Positions 1 to 8,140 of a stretch of 64,000 bases of DNA are shown here, piece after piece; position 1 is the first letter of the stretch; each line of letters begins with the position of its first letter. A program made the translations under genes and the position numbers. The DNA lies in contig CALGCW010000123.1 of assembly GCA_937884385.1 (NCBI GenBank), forward strand, positions 580 through 64,579, written 5' to 3'. A model generated the notes under the pieces. That model worked only from the letters and a program-made list of their open reading frames with translations. It made no database searches and was not told the DNA's origin. The DNA comes from an uncultured Clostridia bacterium (GTDB taxonomy: Bacteria > Bacillota > Clostridia > Oscillospirales > CAG-272).

Positions 1-80
1 TCAATTTCCCTTTTATCATCAGTCTTTTTCAGACAAAAATCTTTATGCCGTCGTTTTCTGACGGCGGAATGGAAGTTATT

Positions 81-683
81 ATGTATAAGTTACAAATGAA
101 ATTTCAGGGCATAATCACTTATCTCTGTCTCGCGGCTGCCGCACTTACCTTCATCTATTCTCTCGGCGTTTCAACTGACGCATACTTTCTCAGAACACTT
201 GAGAGTCTTTCCGTAAGCATCCCCGGCTCTGAAATGTATTATGAGATGCAACCCTTTAATAAGGATTTCACCGCTTACAGCATCGGTCTTATCCTTTTAG
301 CTGTTGCTTGTCTTGTAGCAAACAATCACAAGCGCAGAAAATATTACATTGCAAATTATTGTACGACTGTTATCAGCTCTATCGCAGATATTGCTCTCGC
401 GATCTGGGCGATGATCAACGTATTTGATTATAAAGCTAAATTCCTCGCAGTAGATTATTCAAATCTTGAAGCTATAGGCAAAAGAAGACCGAACATTCTT
501 ATCAACCTCGGCGTTGACCCGAACAACGTTCACGGTCCTTACTCTACCTTCTGGTTTGATATTGCTGCTGTGGTCCTTTCCATCCTTACCATAGCTGCAC
601 TTCTCAATGTTGCAAATATGATATTCAAGATCATCGTTATGAAGAAAGAAAAAGAACTTTTAAAGGAAGGAGACGCACAATAA
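81..683 (+). CDS. Uncharacterised integral membrane protein (about 4 TM helices)
   Basis: ORF 45-683. I prefer the ATG at 81 (GGAAG 5 nt upstream) over 45, which has no RBS. It has four hydrophobic stretches, a basic patch HKRRKYY after TM2 and a K/E-rich tail. No family motif recognised. The stop overlaps the next start by 1 nt. Confidence 0.6.
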   Translation: MYKLQMKFQGIITYLCLAAAALTFIYSLGVSTDAYFLRTLESLSVSIPGSEMYYEMQPFNKDFTAYSIGLILLAVACLVANNHKRRKYYIANYCTTVISSIADIALAIWAMINVFDYKAKFLAVDYSNLEAIGKRRPNILINLGVDPNNVHGPYSTFWFDIAAVVLSILTIAALLNVANMIFKIIVMKKEKELLKEGDAQ

Positions 684-1165
684 TGAACAAGATCACAGAT
701 ATCAAAAGCGATAGAATGAGATATACGCGTAATTCTATCTCCGCTACCTTTTCATACATAGCAATTCTTTTCAATGCTCTTTACTTCCTCAACATCTATC
801 ATTCCGACGTTGGCAAGTTCTATTATAAGATCGATATCGGTGCTTCCGTTGTCTATAATCTTCTCTTTATGCTCTTCGTCTTTCTCGCTTCAGAGGCGGT
901 GAAGAAATATGATATGACATACTCCGTGGTGCTTATCGTTATAGGAGCAATGCAGATTGTAAGAATTTTCGGAATTCCCCTCGATGCTTTCACATCCACC
1001 ATTGAAGTAAAAAGAGATGAGGTTCAGGTTATGGAGCTTGATCAGTTCATCACTTGTATCATTTTCCTCGCCGTTTCAGCAGGTTTTGCAATTGCCGCAG
1101 GAGTTATAGGTGTGCGCAAGACGAAAAAGCTCAGAAATTACGAAAAATCTTTGATTACAGAATAA
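683..1165 (+). CDS. Uncharacterised integral membrane protein (about 4 TM helices)
   Basis: 160-aa ORF with RBS AAGGAAGGAG upstream and four hydrophobic stretches. It is translationally coupled to the upstream ORF. No family motif recognised. Confidence 0.65.
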   Translation: MNKITDIKSDRMRYTRNSISATFSYIAILFNALYFLNIYHSDVGKFYYKIDIGASVVYNLLFMLFVFLASEAVKKYDMTYSVVLIVIGAMQIVRIFGIPLDAFTSTIEVKRDEVQVMELDQFITCIIFLAVSAGFAIAAGVIGVRKTKKLRNYEKSLITE

Positions 1166-1187
1166 ATAAGAAAGGCCTTGACTGTTT

Positions 1188-2252
1188 ATGGCTTCATTAG
1201 TACTTAATAATATCAACAAAATATACGATAACAACGTTCAGGCAGTCTTTGATTTCAATCTTGAAGTCAAGGACGGTGAGTTTATCGTTCTTGTCGGTCC
1301 TTCCGGCTGCGGTAAATCCACTACCCTGCGTATGATCGCAGGTCTTGAAGACATCACCTCCGGTACTCTTATTATCGACGGCAACGACGTCACAAGACTC
1401 CCCGCAAAGGATAGAGATATAGCTATGGTCTTCCAGAACTATGCCCTCTATGCCCATATGACCGTCTATGAAAATATGGCGTTCTCCCTCACACTACGTA
1501 AGGAAGACCCCAATATCATTCACCAGAAGGTACTTGCTGCCGCAGAGATACTCGGTCTTACAGATCAGCTCAACAAAAAGCCTCGTCAGCTCTCGGGCGG
1601 TCAGCGACAGAGAGTTGCAATGGGACGTGCTATCGTTCGTACACCCAAGGTGTTCCTTTTTGACGAGCCCCTTTCTAACCTTGACGCAAAGCTCAGAGGC
1701 GCAACACGCCGCGAGATACTTCTCCTTCATAAGAGACTTGGCACCACGATGCTCTACGTCACTCACGACCAGACCGAGGCGCTTACACTTGCAGACAGGA
1801 TAGTTTGTATGTCTATGGGATACGTTCAGCAGGTAGGCACTCCCCTTGAGCTTTACGATACTCCTGCAAATATATTCGTTGCAAGCTTTATCGGTCTTCC
1901 TCCAATGAATTTCTTTGAAGGCAAGATCGAGGGCGGTCGTTTTGTTTGTCCCTCCTTCTCTGCTCCTCTTGACGAAGGACAGAAGGCTCTTCTTGCTTCA
2001 TATAAGGGAAAAGAGATAATTCTCGGCGTTCGCCCCGAGAATATCGTTCAGGATGATAACGGATATATCGAATTTGAAGTTCTCCTCAACGAGAACCTTG
2101 GTCAGACTACTCTCGTTCACGGCAATGCAAATCACCACAAGGTCACTGCAAAATTCCGTGAATGGTGCTCATATAAGAAGGGCGACAAGGTAAAGGCTTC
2201 CTTCAACCGTGTTCACTTCTTTGATAAAGAGACCACAAATGCTATCAGATGA
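1188..2252 (+). CDS. Sugar ABC transporter ATP-binding protein, MalK/MsmX/UgpC type
   Basis: Walker A GPSGCGKST, Q-loop, signature LSGGQRQR and Walker B FLFDEPLSNLD are present. A C-terminal ~120-aa TOBE-like regulatory domain is typical of MalK-type importer ATPases. Confidence 0.9.
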   Translation: MASLVLNNINKIYDNNVQAVFDFNLEVKDGEFIVLVGPSGCGKSTTLRMIAGLEDITSGTLIIDGNDVTRLPAKDRDIAMVFQNYALYAHMTVYENMAFSLTLRKEDPNIIHQKVLAAAEILGLTDQLNKKPRQLSGGQRQRVAMGRAIVRTPKVFLFDEPLSNLDAKLRGATRREILLLHKRLGTTMLYVTHDQTEALTLADRIVCMSMGYVQQVGTPLELYDTPANIFVASFIGLPPMNFFEGKIEGGRFVCPSFSAPLDEGQKALLASYKGKEIILGVRPENIVQDDNGYIEFEVLLNENLGQTTLVHGNANHHKVTAKFREWCSYKKGDKVKASFNRVHFFDKETTNAIR

Positions 2253-2262
2253 GGACAGAATT

Positions 2263-2820
2263 ATGATCAAAAAAGTATTTTCAAGTATCAAATCAAAAAT
2301 TAAAGAAACGGTCAGAAAATTTCTTGTATTCCTCAAGAGAAATCCTCAATCCGTTCCACTTGTAGCATTGGCAGCAGCTTTCGTTTATTATTCATTCAAT
2401 CTTACCTACATATCCGATACTACTGCACTTATCAATCTCCCCCATATGGGTCTTTCCTCATTCGCTACTATGCTGTTCTCCATCCTCTCGTTCGTTTGTA
2501 TGCTGAACGCATTTCCTAAGCGTCAGAGACCTAACTTCTTTATGCTCGCACTTCTCGGCGTTATGGCTGTTATTATAGTTTTCTGCGACGTTTACTACTT
2601 CTCTATGATCCAGAAATCGACCATTGAGATCACTTCGCAGAGATACTTCGTTCCCATTGCAAAGGAAGTTGTATCCAACCATATCATCCTTATGACCGTT
2701 ATGGTAGCTTTGACTGCTCTTGAACCTCTCATTGCAAAACTGTTCAGGAAGATCAACACCTCCATCGACGTTGAGTATACTGAGGATATCGGTGATATCG
2801 ATCTTTCCGACGAGGAGTAA
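2263..2820 (+). CDS. Uncharacterised integral membrane protein (about 4 TM helices, acidic C-terminal tail)
   Basis: ORF 2209-2820 overlaps the ATPase gene, so the ATG at 2263 (MIKKVF...) just after the ATPase stop is the likelier start. It has four hydrophobic stretches and a basic patch KRQRPN after TM2. No family motif recognised. Confidence 0.6.
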   Translation: MIKKVFSSIKSKIKETVRKFLVFLKRNPQSVPLVALAAAFVYYSFNLTYISDTTALINLPHMGLSSFATMLFSILSFVCMLNAFPKRQRPNFFMLALLGVMAVIIVFCDVYYFSMIQKSTIEITSQRYFVPIAKEVVSNHIILMTVMVALTALEPLIAKLFRKINTSIDVEYTEDIGDIDLSDEE

Positions 2821-2826
2821 TCATTA

Positions 2827-3432
2827 ATGCCCGACAACAAGAAAAAATCTTCTAAAACCGACAATTACAACCTCAAATCCGATGCAGTCAACCGCTTAGC
2901 AAATGCGGATAAGCTGCACATACCCGAGGATATGAAGCACAAGGATCCCGCCAAGAAATACAGAAGCGGGTTCCTTGACAAGATCCCACCCATCGTTAAG
3001 ACAGTTTTTATTAAATTCTGGTTTTACGGCGCGGTATGCTTCTTTATATTTTGGGGTCTTGCCATTCAGGATTCCCTTGATGCGCTCGTAATAATGTCAG
3101 TCGTTCTCGGTCTTGTCAGCGATATATTCATTGACAATATTTTGAGATTTATTGAGACAGTACCGGACGAAAACGCAAGGTGGATGATGTTCCCGAAAAA
3201 GAGATATTGGACTTTTATCGCCAACCTCATTTACGCCTTCCCCGTATTCTTCTGCGTGCGCTGCATTTATTTGCTCATCAATACGCTTGGCACAGGCTTC
3301 GGCTTCTATTTGGGCGTTGAACCCATAATGTTCGGTATTTTTTACGTTTTGGTCGATCTTTTATTCGTAGGAATGAAAAATCTCTTCCTCACGATCATAA
3401 ATGATGCCAAAAAGAAAGTAAACGATAAATAA
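2827..3432 (+). CDS. Uncharacterised integral membrane protein with basic N-terminal cytoplasmic region
   Basis: 201-aa ORF lying 6 nt after the preceding gene. About 60 aa of K-rich soluble N-terminus are followed by about 4 hydrophobic helices. No family motif recognised. Confidence 0.6.
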   Translation: MPDNKKKSSKTDNYNLKSDAVNRLANADKLHIPEDMKHKDPAKKYRSGFLDKIPPIVKTVFIKFWFYGAVCFFIFWGLAIQDSLDALVIMSVVLGLVSDIFIDNILRFIETVPDENARWMMFPKKRYWTFIANLIYAFPVFFCVRCIYLLINTLGTGFGFYLGVEPIMFGIFYVLVDLLFVGMKNLFLTIINDAKKKVNDK

Positions 3433-3434
3433 CT

Positions 3435-4973
3435 ATGCTTAAAACACTCTATATCTCCTCAAGCTCCGCTTGCTTTGAATGGAAAAATGAAAACCCTTAC
3501 TACGCGGAGTCTGAGTATACTATCTATTTGAATGAAAAGGAAGCTCTTACGTCAAACACTAACGTATTTTCCCTTTTCGGACTCGAGCCCGACACTGAAT
3601 ACAAGCTTAAAAGCTCTACCGGTGCGGGAACGGTCACATTCAGAACCGAAAAAAACACCTTTACGGTAAACGTAAAGGACTTTGGAGCTATCGGTGACGG
3701 AATTACCGACGATAGCATTGCTATCCAGACCGCCATCAACTGCTTGCCATGCGGTGCAAAGCTCGTCTTCCCTTCGGGAACGTATCTCACCGCCCCACTT
3801 TGCCTTAAGAGCCACATTACTCTTGAGCTGTGCGAGGGTGCGACCCTTCTCGGTCACACCGACCCATCACACTACCCCGTGATCCCCGGTCATGTAATCG
3901 ACAGCATTACGGGAGAGGACGTTGAGTGCGGAACCTGGGAGGGCAATTCCGTTCCGATGCATCAGGCACTTATTTTTGCCGAGCACGCAAAGGATATCAC
4001 CATAATCGGCCCCGGAACTGTTGACGGCAATGCTCAGAACTCTACCTGGTGGCAAAACCCCAAGGCAGAGATAGGTCGTCCGCGTCTTCTCTTCTTCAAC
4101 AGATGCGACGGTGTCAGAATTCACGGTATTACCGCGCAAAATTCCGCATCCTGGCAGCTCCACCCTTATTATTCAAAGAACATTGATTTTCTTGATATAT
4201 CTATATTTGCGCCTGCGGATAGCCCCAACACGGATGCTATCGACCCCGAAGCTTGCGACGTTGTAAATATCATAGGATGTAAATTCAGCGTCGGAGATGA
4301 CTGTATCGCAATAAAATCTTCAAAAATAGATATGGCAAGAAAATATAAAACACCTGCCAACAGACACACGATCAGAAACTGCCTTATGCAGTTCGGTCAC
4401 GGTGCAGTCACGCTTGGTAGCGAGATGAGTGGCGGTGTGACTAATCTCACGGTAAACAAATGCGTATTTCGCCGTACCGACCGCGGTCTTCGTATCAAGA
4501 CACGCCGCGGACGCGGTAAGGACGCGATCATTGACGGAGTTTTGTTTGAAAACATCAAAATGGAAGGCGTTATCACGCCAATAGCGATCAATATGTGGTA
4601 TAATTGCTGCGATCCCGACCGCTTCTCTGAGTACGTTTGGTCAAGAGATGCCCTTCCCGTTGATGACAGGACCCCATATCTTGGAGAATTTACGTTCAGA
4701 AATATGATCTGTATAGACTGCGAGGCTGCCGCTTGCTATTGCGACGGCTTGCCCGAAATGCCCATCAAATCCATTACCTTTGACAATATTCATTTCAGCT
4801 TCAAGGCTGATGCAAAGCCATTCGTTCCTATTATGAAGAACTTTGCAGAGCCTGTTTGCAAAATGGGAATGTATTTTGACAATGTGGAGGCGCTCACCTT
4901 AAAGCGAGTCACACTTGAAGGTGTGGATGGCGAAGATATCATTGCCGATCATATCGGAACTATTACAAAATAA
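3435..4973 (+). CDS. Glycoside hydrolase family 28 (exo-polygalacturonase-like) with N-terminal FN3-like domain, cytoplasmic
   Basis: GH28 signature blocks are visible: SPNTDAIDP, VGDDCIAIKS, FGHGAVTLGSE and RGLRIKT. The first ~75 aa look FN3-like (FEWKNENP...TEYKL). There is no signal peptide. Confidence 0.85.
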   Translation: MLKTLYISSSSACFEWKNENPYYAESEYTIYLNEKEALTSNTNVFSLFGLEPDTEYKLKSSTGAGTVTFRTEKNTFTVNVKDFGAIGDGITDDSIAIQTAINCLPCGAKLVFPSGTYLTAPLCLKSHITLELCEGATLLGHTDPSHYPVIPGHVIDSITGEDVECGTWEGNSVPMHQALIFAEHAKDITIIGPGTVDGNAQNSTWWQNPKAEIGRPRLLFFNRCDGVRIHGITAQNSASWQLHPYYSKNIDFLDISIFAPADSPNTDAIDPEACDVVNIIGCKFSVGDDCIAIKSSKIDMARKYKTPANRHTIRNCLMQFGHGAVTLGSEMSGGVTNLTVNKCVFRRTDRGLRIKTRRGRGKDAIIDGVLFENIKMEGVITPIAINMWYNCCDPDRFSEYVWSRDALPVDDRTPYLGEFTFRNMICIDCEAAACYCDGLPEMPIKSITFDNIHFSFKADAKPFVPIMKNFAEPVCKMGMYFDNVEALTLKRVTLEGVDGEDIIADHIGTITK

Positions 4974-4990
4974 AACGAAAGGATGCTCCT

Positions 4991-6118
4991 ATGTACGAAA
5001 AAATCGATGCATATATTGAAAAATTGCTTAATTGTTCAACTCCCGATGCACCTATTTGGAATATTGAGAGCATCAGACAAGGTAAAGCACCGCATTGGAA
5101 CTATATTGACGGTTGTATGATTACTTCCCTTCTTGAGATTGGGAGGATCACGGGCGACCCGAAGTACTTTGACTTTGCGGAGAGATTTATTGATTATTAT
5201 GTCTTTGACGACGGAACTATTCGCGGATATAATATCGAAAAGTACAATCTTGACGATCTCAACGAGGGCAGAGTGCTTTTCGAGCTTTACGAGAGGACCG
5301 GCAAAGAAAAATACCGCCTCGCAATAGAGCATCAGGCACTTCAGCTTAAGGGTCAGCCGAGAACCTGCACGGGAAACTTTTGGCATAAGCTTATTTATCC
5401 CAATCAGATCTGGCTTGACGGACTCTATATGGCGCAGGTGTTCAGCACCAAGTATCAAAAATATAAGGGGCAGAAGGATTATTCCGACATTCTGATGCAG
5501 ATAAAGAACGTCAGAAGATATATGTTTGATGAGGGCGCGGGTCTTTACTATCACGGACTTGATTGCTCAAAGAGTATCTTCTGGGCGGACGCAGAAACGG
5601 GTCTTTCCAAAAACTTCTGGCTGCGCGCGATAGGCTGGTACACCGTTGCAATGATTGATATTATTGAAATAATCGACGATGAAGCGGCACGCGGCGAGAT
5701 CGCGGGCATCTTCAGCGAGCTGATGCACTCAATTATAAATTACTGCGATGGCGAAAGTAAGATGTACTATCAGGTGGTCAACCTTGGTGAGCGCAAGGGC
5801 AACTATCTTGAGACAAGCGGCTCTTCGATGCTTGCTTACGCAATGCTCAAGGGTGCAAGGCTCGGTGTCCTTCCCTCTGAGTTTGCCATTTACGGCAGGG
5901 AAACCTTTGACGGTATATGCTCAAAATACCTTCAGATCAAGGAAGACGGCGATCTTAACCTTGGGGGCATTTGTCTCGTTGCGGGACTTGGCCCCGAAAA
6001 TAACACCCGCAGAGACGGAAGCTTTGAGTATTATATCTCAGAGCCCGTGGTCGAAAATGACGCCAAGGGCGTTGCACCCTTCATTCTCTGCTATACTGAA
6101 ATCTTAAGAAACATATAA
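4991..6118 (+). CDS. Glycoside hydrolase family 105 (unsaturated rhamnogalacturonyl/galacturonyl hydrolase, YteR/YesR-like)
   Basis: 375 aa with RBS GAAAGGA. YteR/YesR-like blocks are NYIDGCM, IWLDGLYMAQ, FWLRAIGW and GSSMLAYA. There is no signal peptide. Confidence 0.8.
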   Translation: MYEKIDAYIEKLLNCSTPDAPIWNIESIRQGKAPHWNYIDGCMITSLLEIGRITGDPKYFDFAERFIDYYVFDDGTIRGYNIEKYNLDDLNEGRVLFELYERTGKEKYRLAIEHQALQLKGQPRTCTGNFWHKLIYPNQIWLDGLYMAQVFSTKYQKYKGQKDYSDILMQIKNVRRYMFDEGAGLYYHGLDCSKSIFWADAETGLSKNFWLRAIGWYTVAMIDIIEIIDDEAARGEIAGIFSELMHSIINYCDGESKMYYQVVNLGERKGNYLETSGSSMLAYAMLKGARLGVLPSEFAIYGRETFDGICSKYLQIKEDGDLNLGGICLVAGLGPENNTRRDGSFEYYISEPVVENDAKGVAPFILCYTEILRNI

Positions 6119-6129
6119 GGAAAAACAAA

Positions 6130-6990
6130 GTGAAATTAATGGTTCGCGCGCACGATCTCGGTGTCAAGGGCGCAGATAAAATTAACGAGAGGCTTTGCGA
6201 GCTCTCGCTTGACGGTGTTCAGCTCGTCGTTTACAAATCCATAAACGGTATTGCTTATACGCCGGGTGCTGTCTCCGCTCAGCTGGCTAAAAATATTTCA
6301 TCGCGTATCAAGGAGAACAGCAAGGATATTGCACTCATCGGCGCGTATTTCAACCCCGTCCATCCCAATACCGCGAAGATCGAAAACGGTATTGCGGTCT
6401 TCAAGGACTATCTTTCGGTCGCAAAGGAGCTTGGTTGTGACTTCGTAGGAAGCGAGACGGGCTCGTATAACGGAGATCCGTGGATATATCACCCAATGAA
6501 TCATTCGGATGAAGCTCTTGACAGAGTTGTGGCAACCTTTTCCGAGCTTGCAGACTATGCCGCACAAAACGGTGTCAATATTGCAATGGAGGGAGCATTC
6601 GGTCACGTTTGCCACACTCCCGAACGCCTTTATGAGGCAGTCGAGAGGATAGGACGCTCCAATATTCGCTTTATATTCGACCTTTATAACTATCTTGATA
6701 TTTCAAACGTGGATATTGCGTATGAAATATTGCACAGAGGCTTGGATGTGCTCGGCAATAGAATTCTTCTCTTCCATATCAAGGATTTCGTTATCGCCGA
6801 CGGCAAATTGAAGCAATGCGGTGTTGGAAAAGGCATTCTTGATTTTGACAGGATACTCAGCGCGATATATAGCCACAACAAAAACGCAATACTGGTATTG
6901 GAAGGAACCGTCGGAGACGATCTTCCCTTCGCGGTCTCCTATTTAAAAGATAAAATCAACAAATTAGAAAATGACGCAAGCGTCAATTAG
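6130..6990 (+). CDS. Sugar phosphate isomerase/epimerase family protein (xylose-isomerase-like TIM barrel)
   Basis: 286 aa with a GTG start 7-8 nt after AAGGA. Overall pattern (GSETG..., AMEG..., HIKD..., LEG) resembles AP-endonuclease-2/xylose isomerase-like TIM barrel proteins. Specific function unknown. Confidence 0.6.
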   Translation: MKLMVRAHDLGVKGADKINERLCELSLDGVQLVVYKSINGIAYTPGAVSAQLAKNISSRIKENSKDIALIGAYFNPVHPNTAKIENGIAVFKDYLSVAKELGCDFVGSETGSYNGDPWIYHPMNHSDEALDRVVATFSELADYAAQNGVNIAMEGAFGHVCHTPERLYEAVERIGRSNIRFIFDLYNYLDISNVDIAYEILHRGLDVLGNRILLFHIKDFVIADGKLKQCGVGKGILDFDRILSAIYSHNKNAILVLEGTVGDDLPFAVSYLKDKINKLENDASVN

Positions 6991-7002
6991 TAAAGGAGTC
7001 TT

Positions 7003-8088
7003 ATGGCATACTTATCTCTTAAAGACATTAACAAAATTTATCCCAACGGCTTCCACGCCGTTCATAATTTCAACCTTGAGATCGAGCAGGGTGAGTTCAT
7101 CATCTTCGTCGGTCCCTCCGGTTGCGGTAAATCAACAACATTGCGTATGATCGCAGGTCTTGAGGATATCAGTAAGGGTGAATTTTATATAGACGGAAAG
7201 TACGCAAATGAAATGCGCCCCCGTGAGCGCGGAGTTGCAATGGTATTCCAGAGCTATGCTCTTTATCCCCATCTTTCCGTATACGATAATCTTGCGTTCG
7301 GTCTTTCCCTTCAGGGTATTGATGAAAACGTGATCGAGGAGAGAGTTTTGGCTACCGCAAAGATCCTTGGTCTTACCGACTATCTTGACAGAAAGCCGAG
7401 AGCTCTTTCGGGTGGACAGAGACAGAGAGTTGCCGTTGGACGTGCCATTATCCGCAAGGTGGGCATATTCCTTATGGACGAGCCCCTTTCCAACCTTGAC
7501 GCAAAGCAGCGCGTGACTATGCGTTCGGAGATCACCGATATTCACAGAAAGGTCGGTTCTACAACTATTTACGTAACTCACGACCAGACCGAGGCTATGA
7601 CGATGGCTGACAGGATCGTTGTTATGAAGGACGGCTATATTCAGCAGATAGGCTCTCCCTACGAGCTTTACTTCAAGCCCGTCAACCAATTCGTTGCAGG
7701 CTTTATTGGTGAACCGCCCATGAACTTCGTAAGATCCGTTGTAAACGGCGGCTGTGTTGAAATCGCAGGCAGCACACACGATCTTTCCTGCGTTATCGGA
7801 GCCGATATAAAGAAGTACGAGGGCAAGGAGATCGTATTCGGCTTCCGTCCCGAAGGTATTTCCCTTTCCGATCTTGATAATTCCTTCAAGCTCTCCGCAA
7901 ATGTTGAACTTACAGAGCTTCTTGGTGACAACACAAACGTTTACGTTGATATGAACGGAGATAAGGTAATACTCAAGGTAGATCCGCACGATACACCCGC
8001 TATGGATAGTGAGATCAGCTACTGTATCCCATACAAAAACGTATATCTTTTTGATAGCGAAACTGAAGAGGTTATTAATAAATATTGA
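7003..8088 (+). CDS. Sugar ABC transporter ATP-binding protein, MalK/MsmX/UgpC type (paralog of 1188-2252)
   Basis: Has RBS AAAGGAG, Walker A GPSGCGKST, signature LSGGQRQR, Walker B FLMDEPLSNLD and a C-terminal TOBE-like domain. It aligns over its full length with the ATPase at 1188-2252. Confidence 0.9.
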   Translation: MAYLSLKDINKIYPNGFHAVHNFNLEIEQGEFIIFVGPSGCGKSTTLRMIAGLEDISKGEFYIDGKYANEMRPRERGVAMVFQSYALYPHLSVYDNLAFGLSLQGIDENVIEERVLATAKILGLTDYLDRKPRALSGGQRQRVAVGRAIIRKVGIFLMDEPLSNLDAKQRVTMRSEITDIHRKVGSTTIYVTHDQTEAMTMADRIVVMKDGYIQQIGSPYELYFKPVNQFVAGFIGEPPMNFVRSVVNGGCVEIAGSTHDLSCVIGADIKKYEGKEIVFGFRPEGISLSDLDNSFKLSANVELTELLGDNTNVYVDMNGDKVILKVDPHDTPAMDSEISYCIPYKNVYLFDSETEEVINKY

Positions 8089-8101
8089 TTTTTACAAAAA
8101 T

Positions 8102-8130
8102 AAAAGGGGACTTTGAAAGTCCCCTTCTTT
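8102..8130. terminator. Bidirectional rho-independent terminator between convergent operons
   Basis: Stem GGGGACT / AGTCCCC (8106-8112 / 8118-8124) is flanked by an A-run and a T-run. It sits between the stop codons at 8088 (+) and 8141 (-). Confidence 0.6.
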
Positions 8131-8140
8131 ATTGTTGTTA

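Noticed and set aside
7132-7989. 285-aa ORF on the minus strand
   Set aside because: It lies entirely antisense to a very well supported ABC ATPase gene. I see no RBS or recognisable motif. Long antisense ORFs are frequent opposite highly biased coding sequence.
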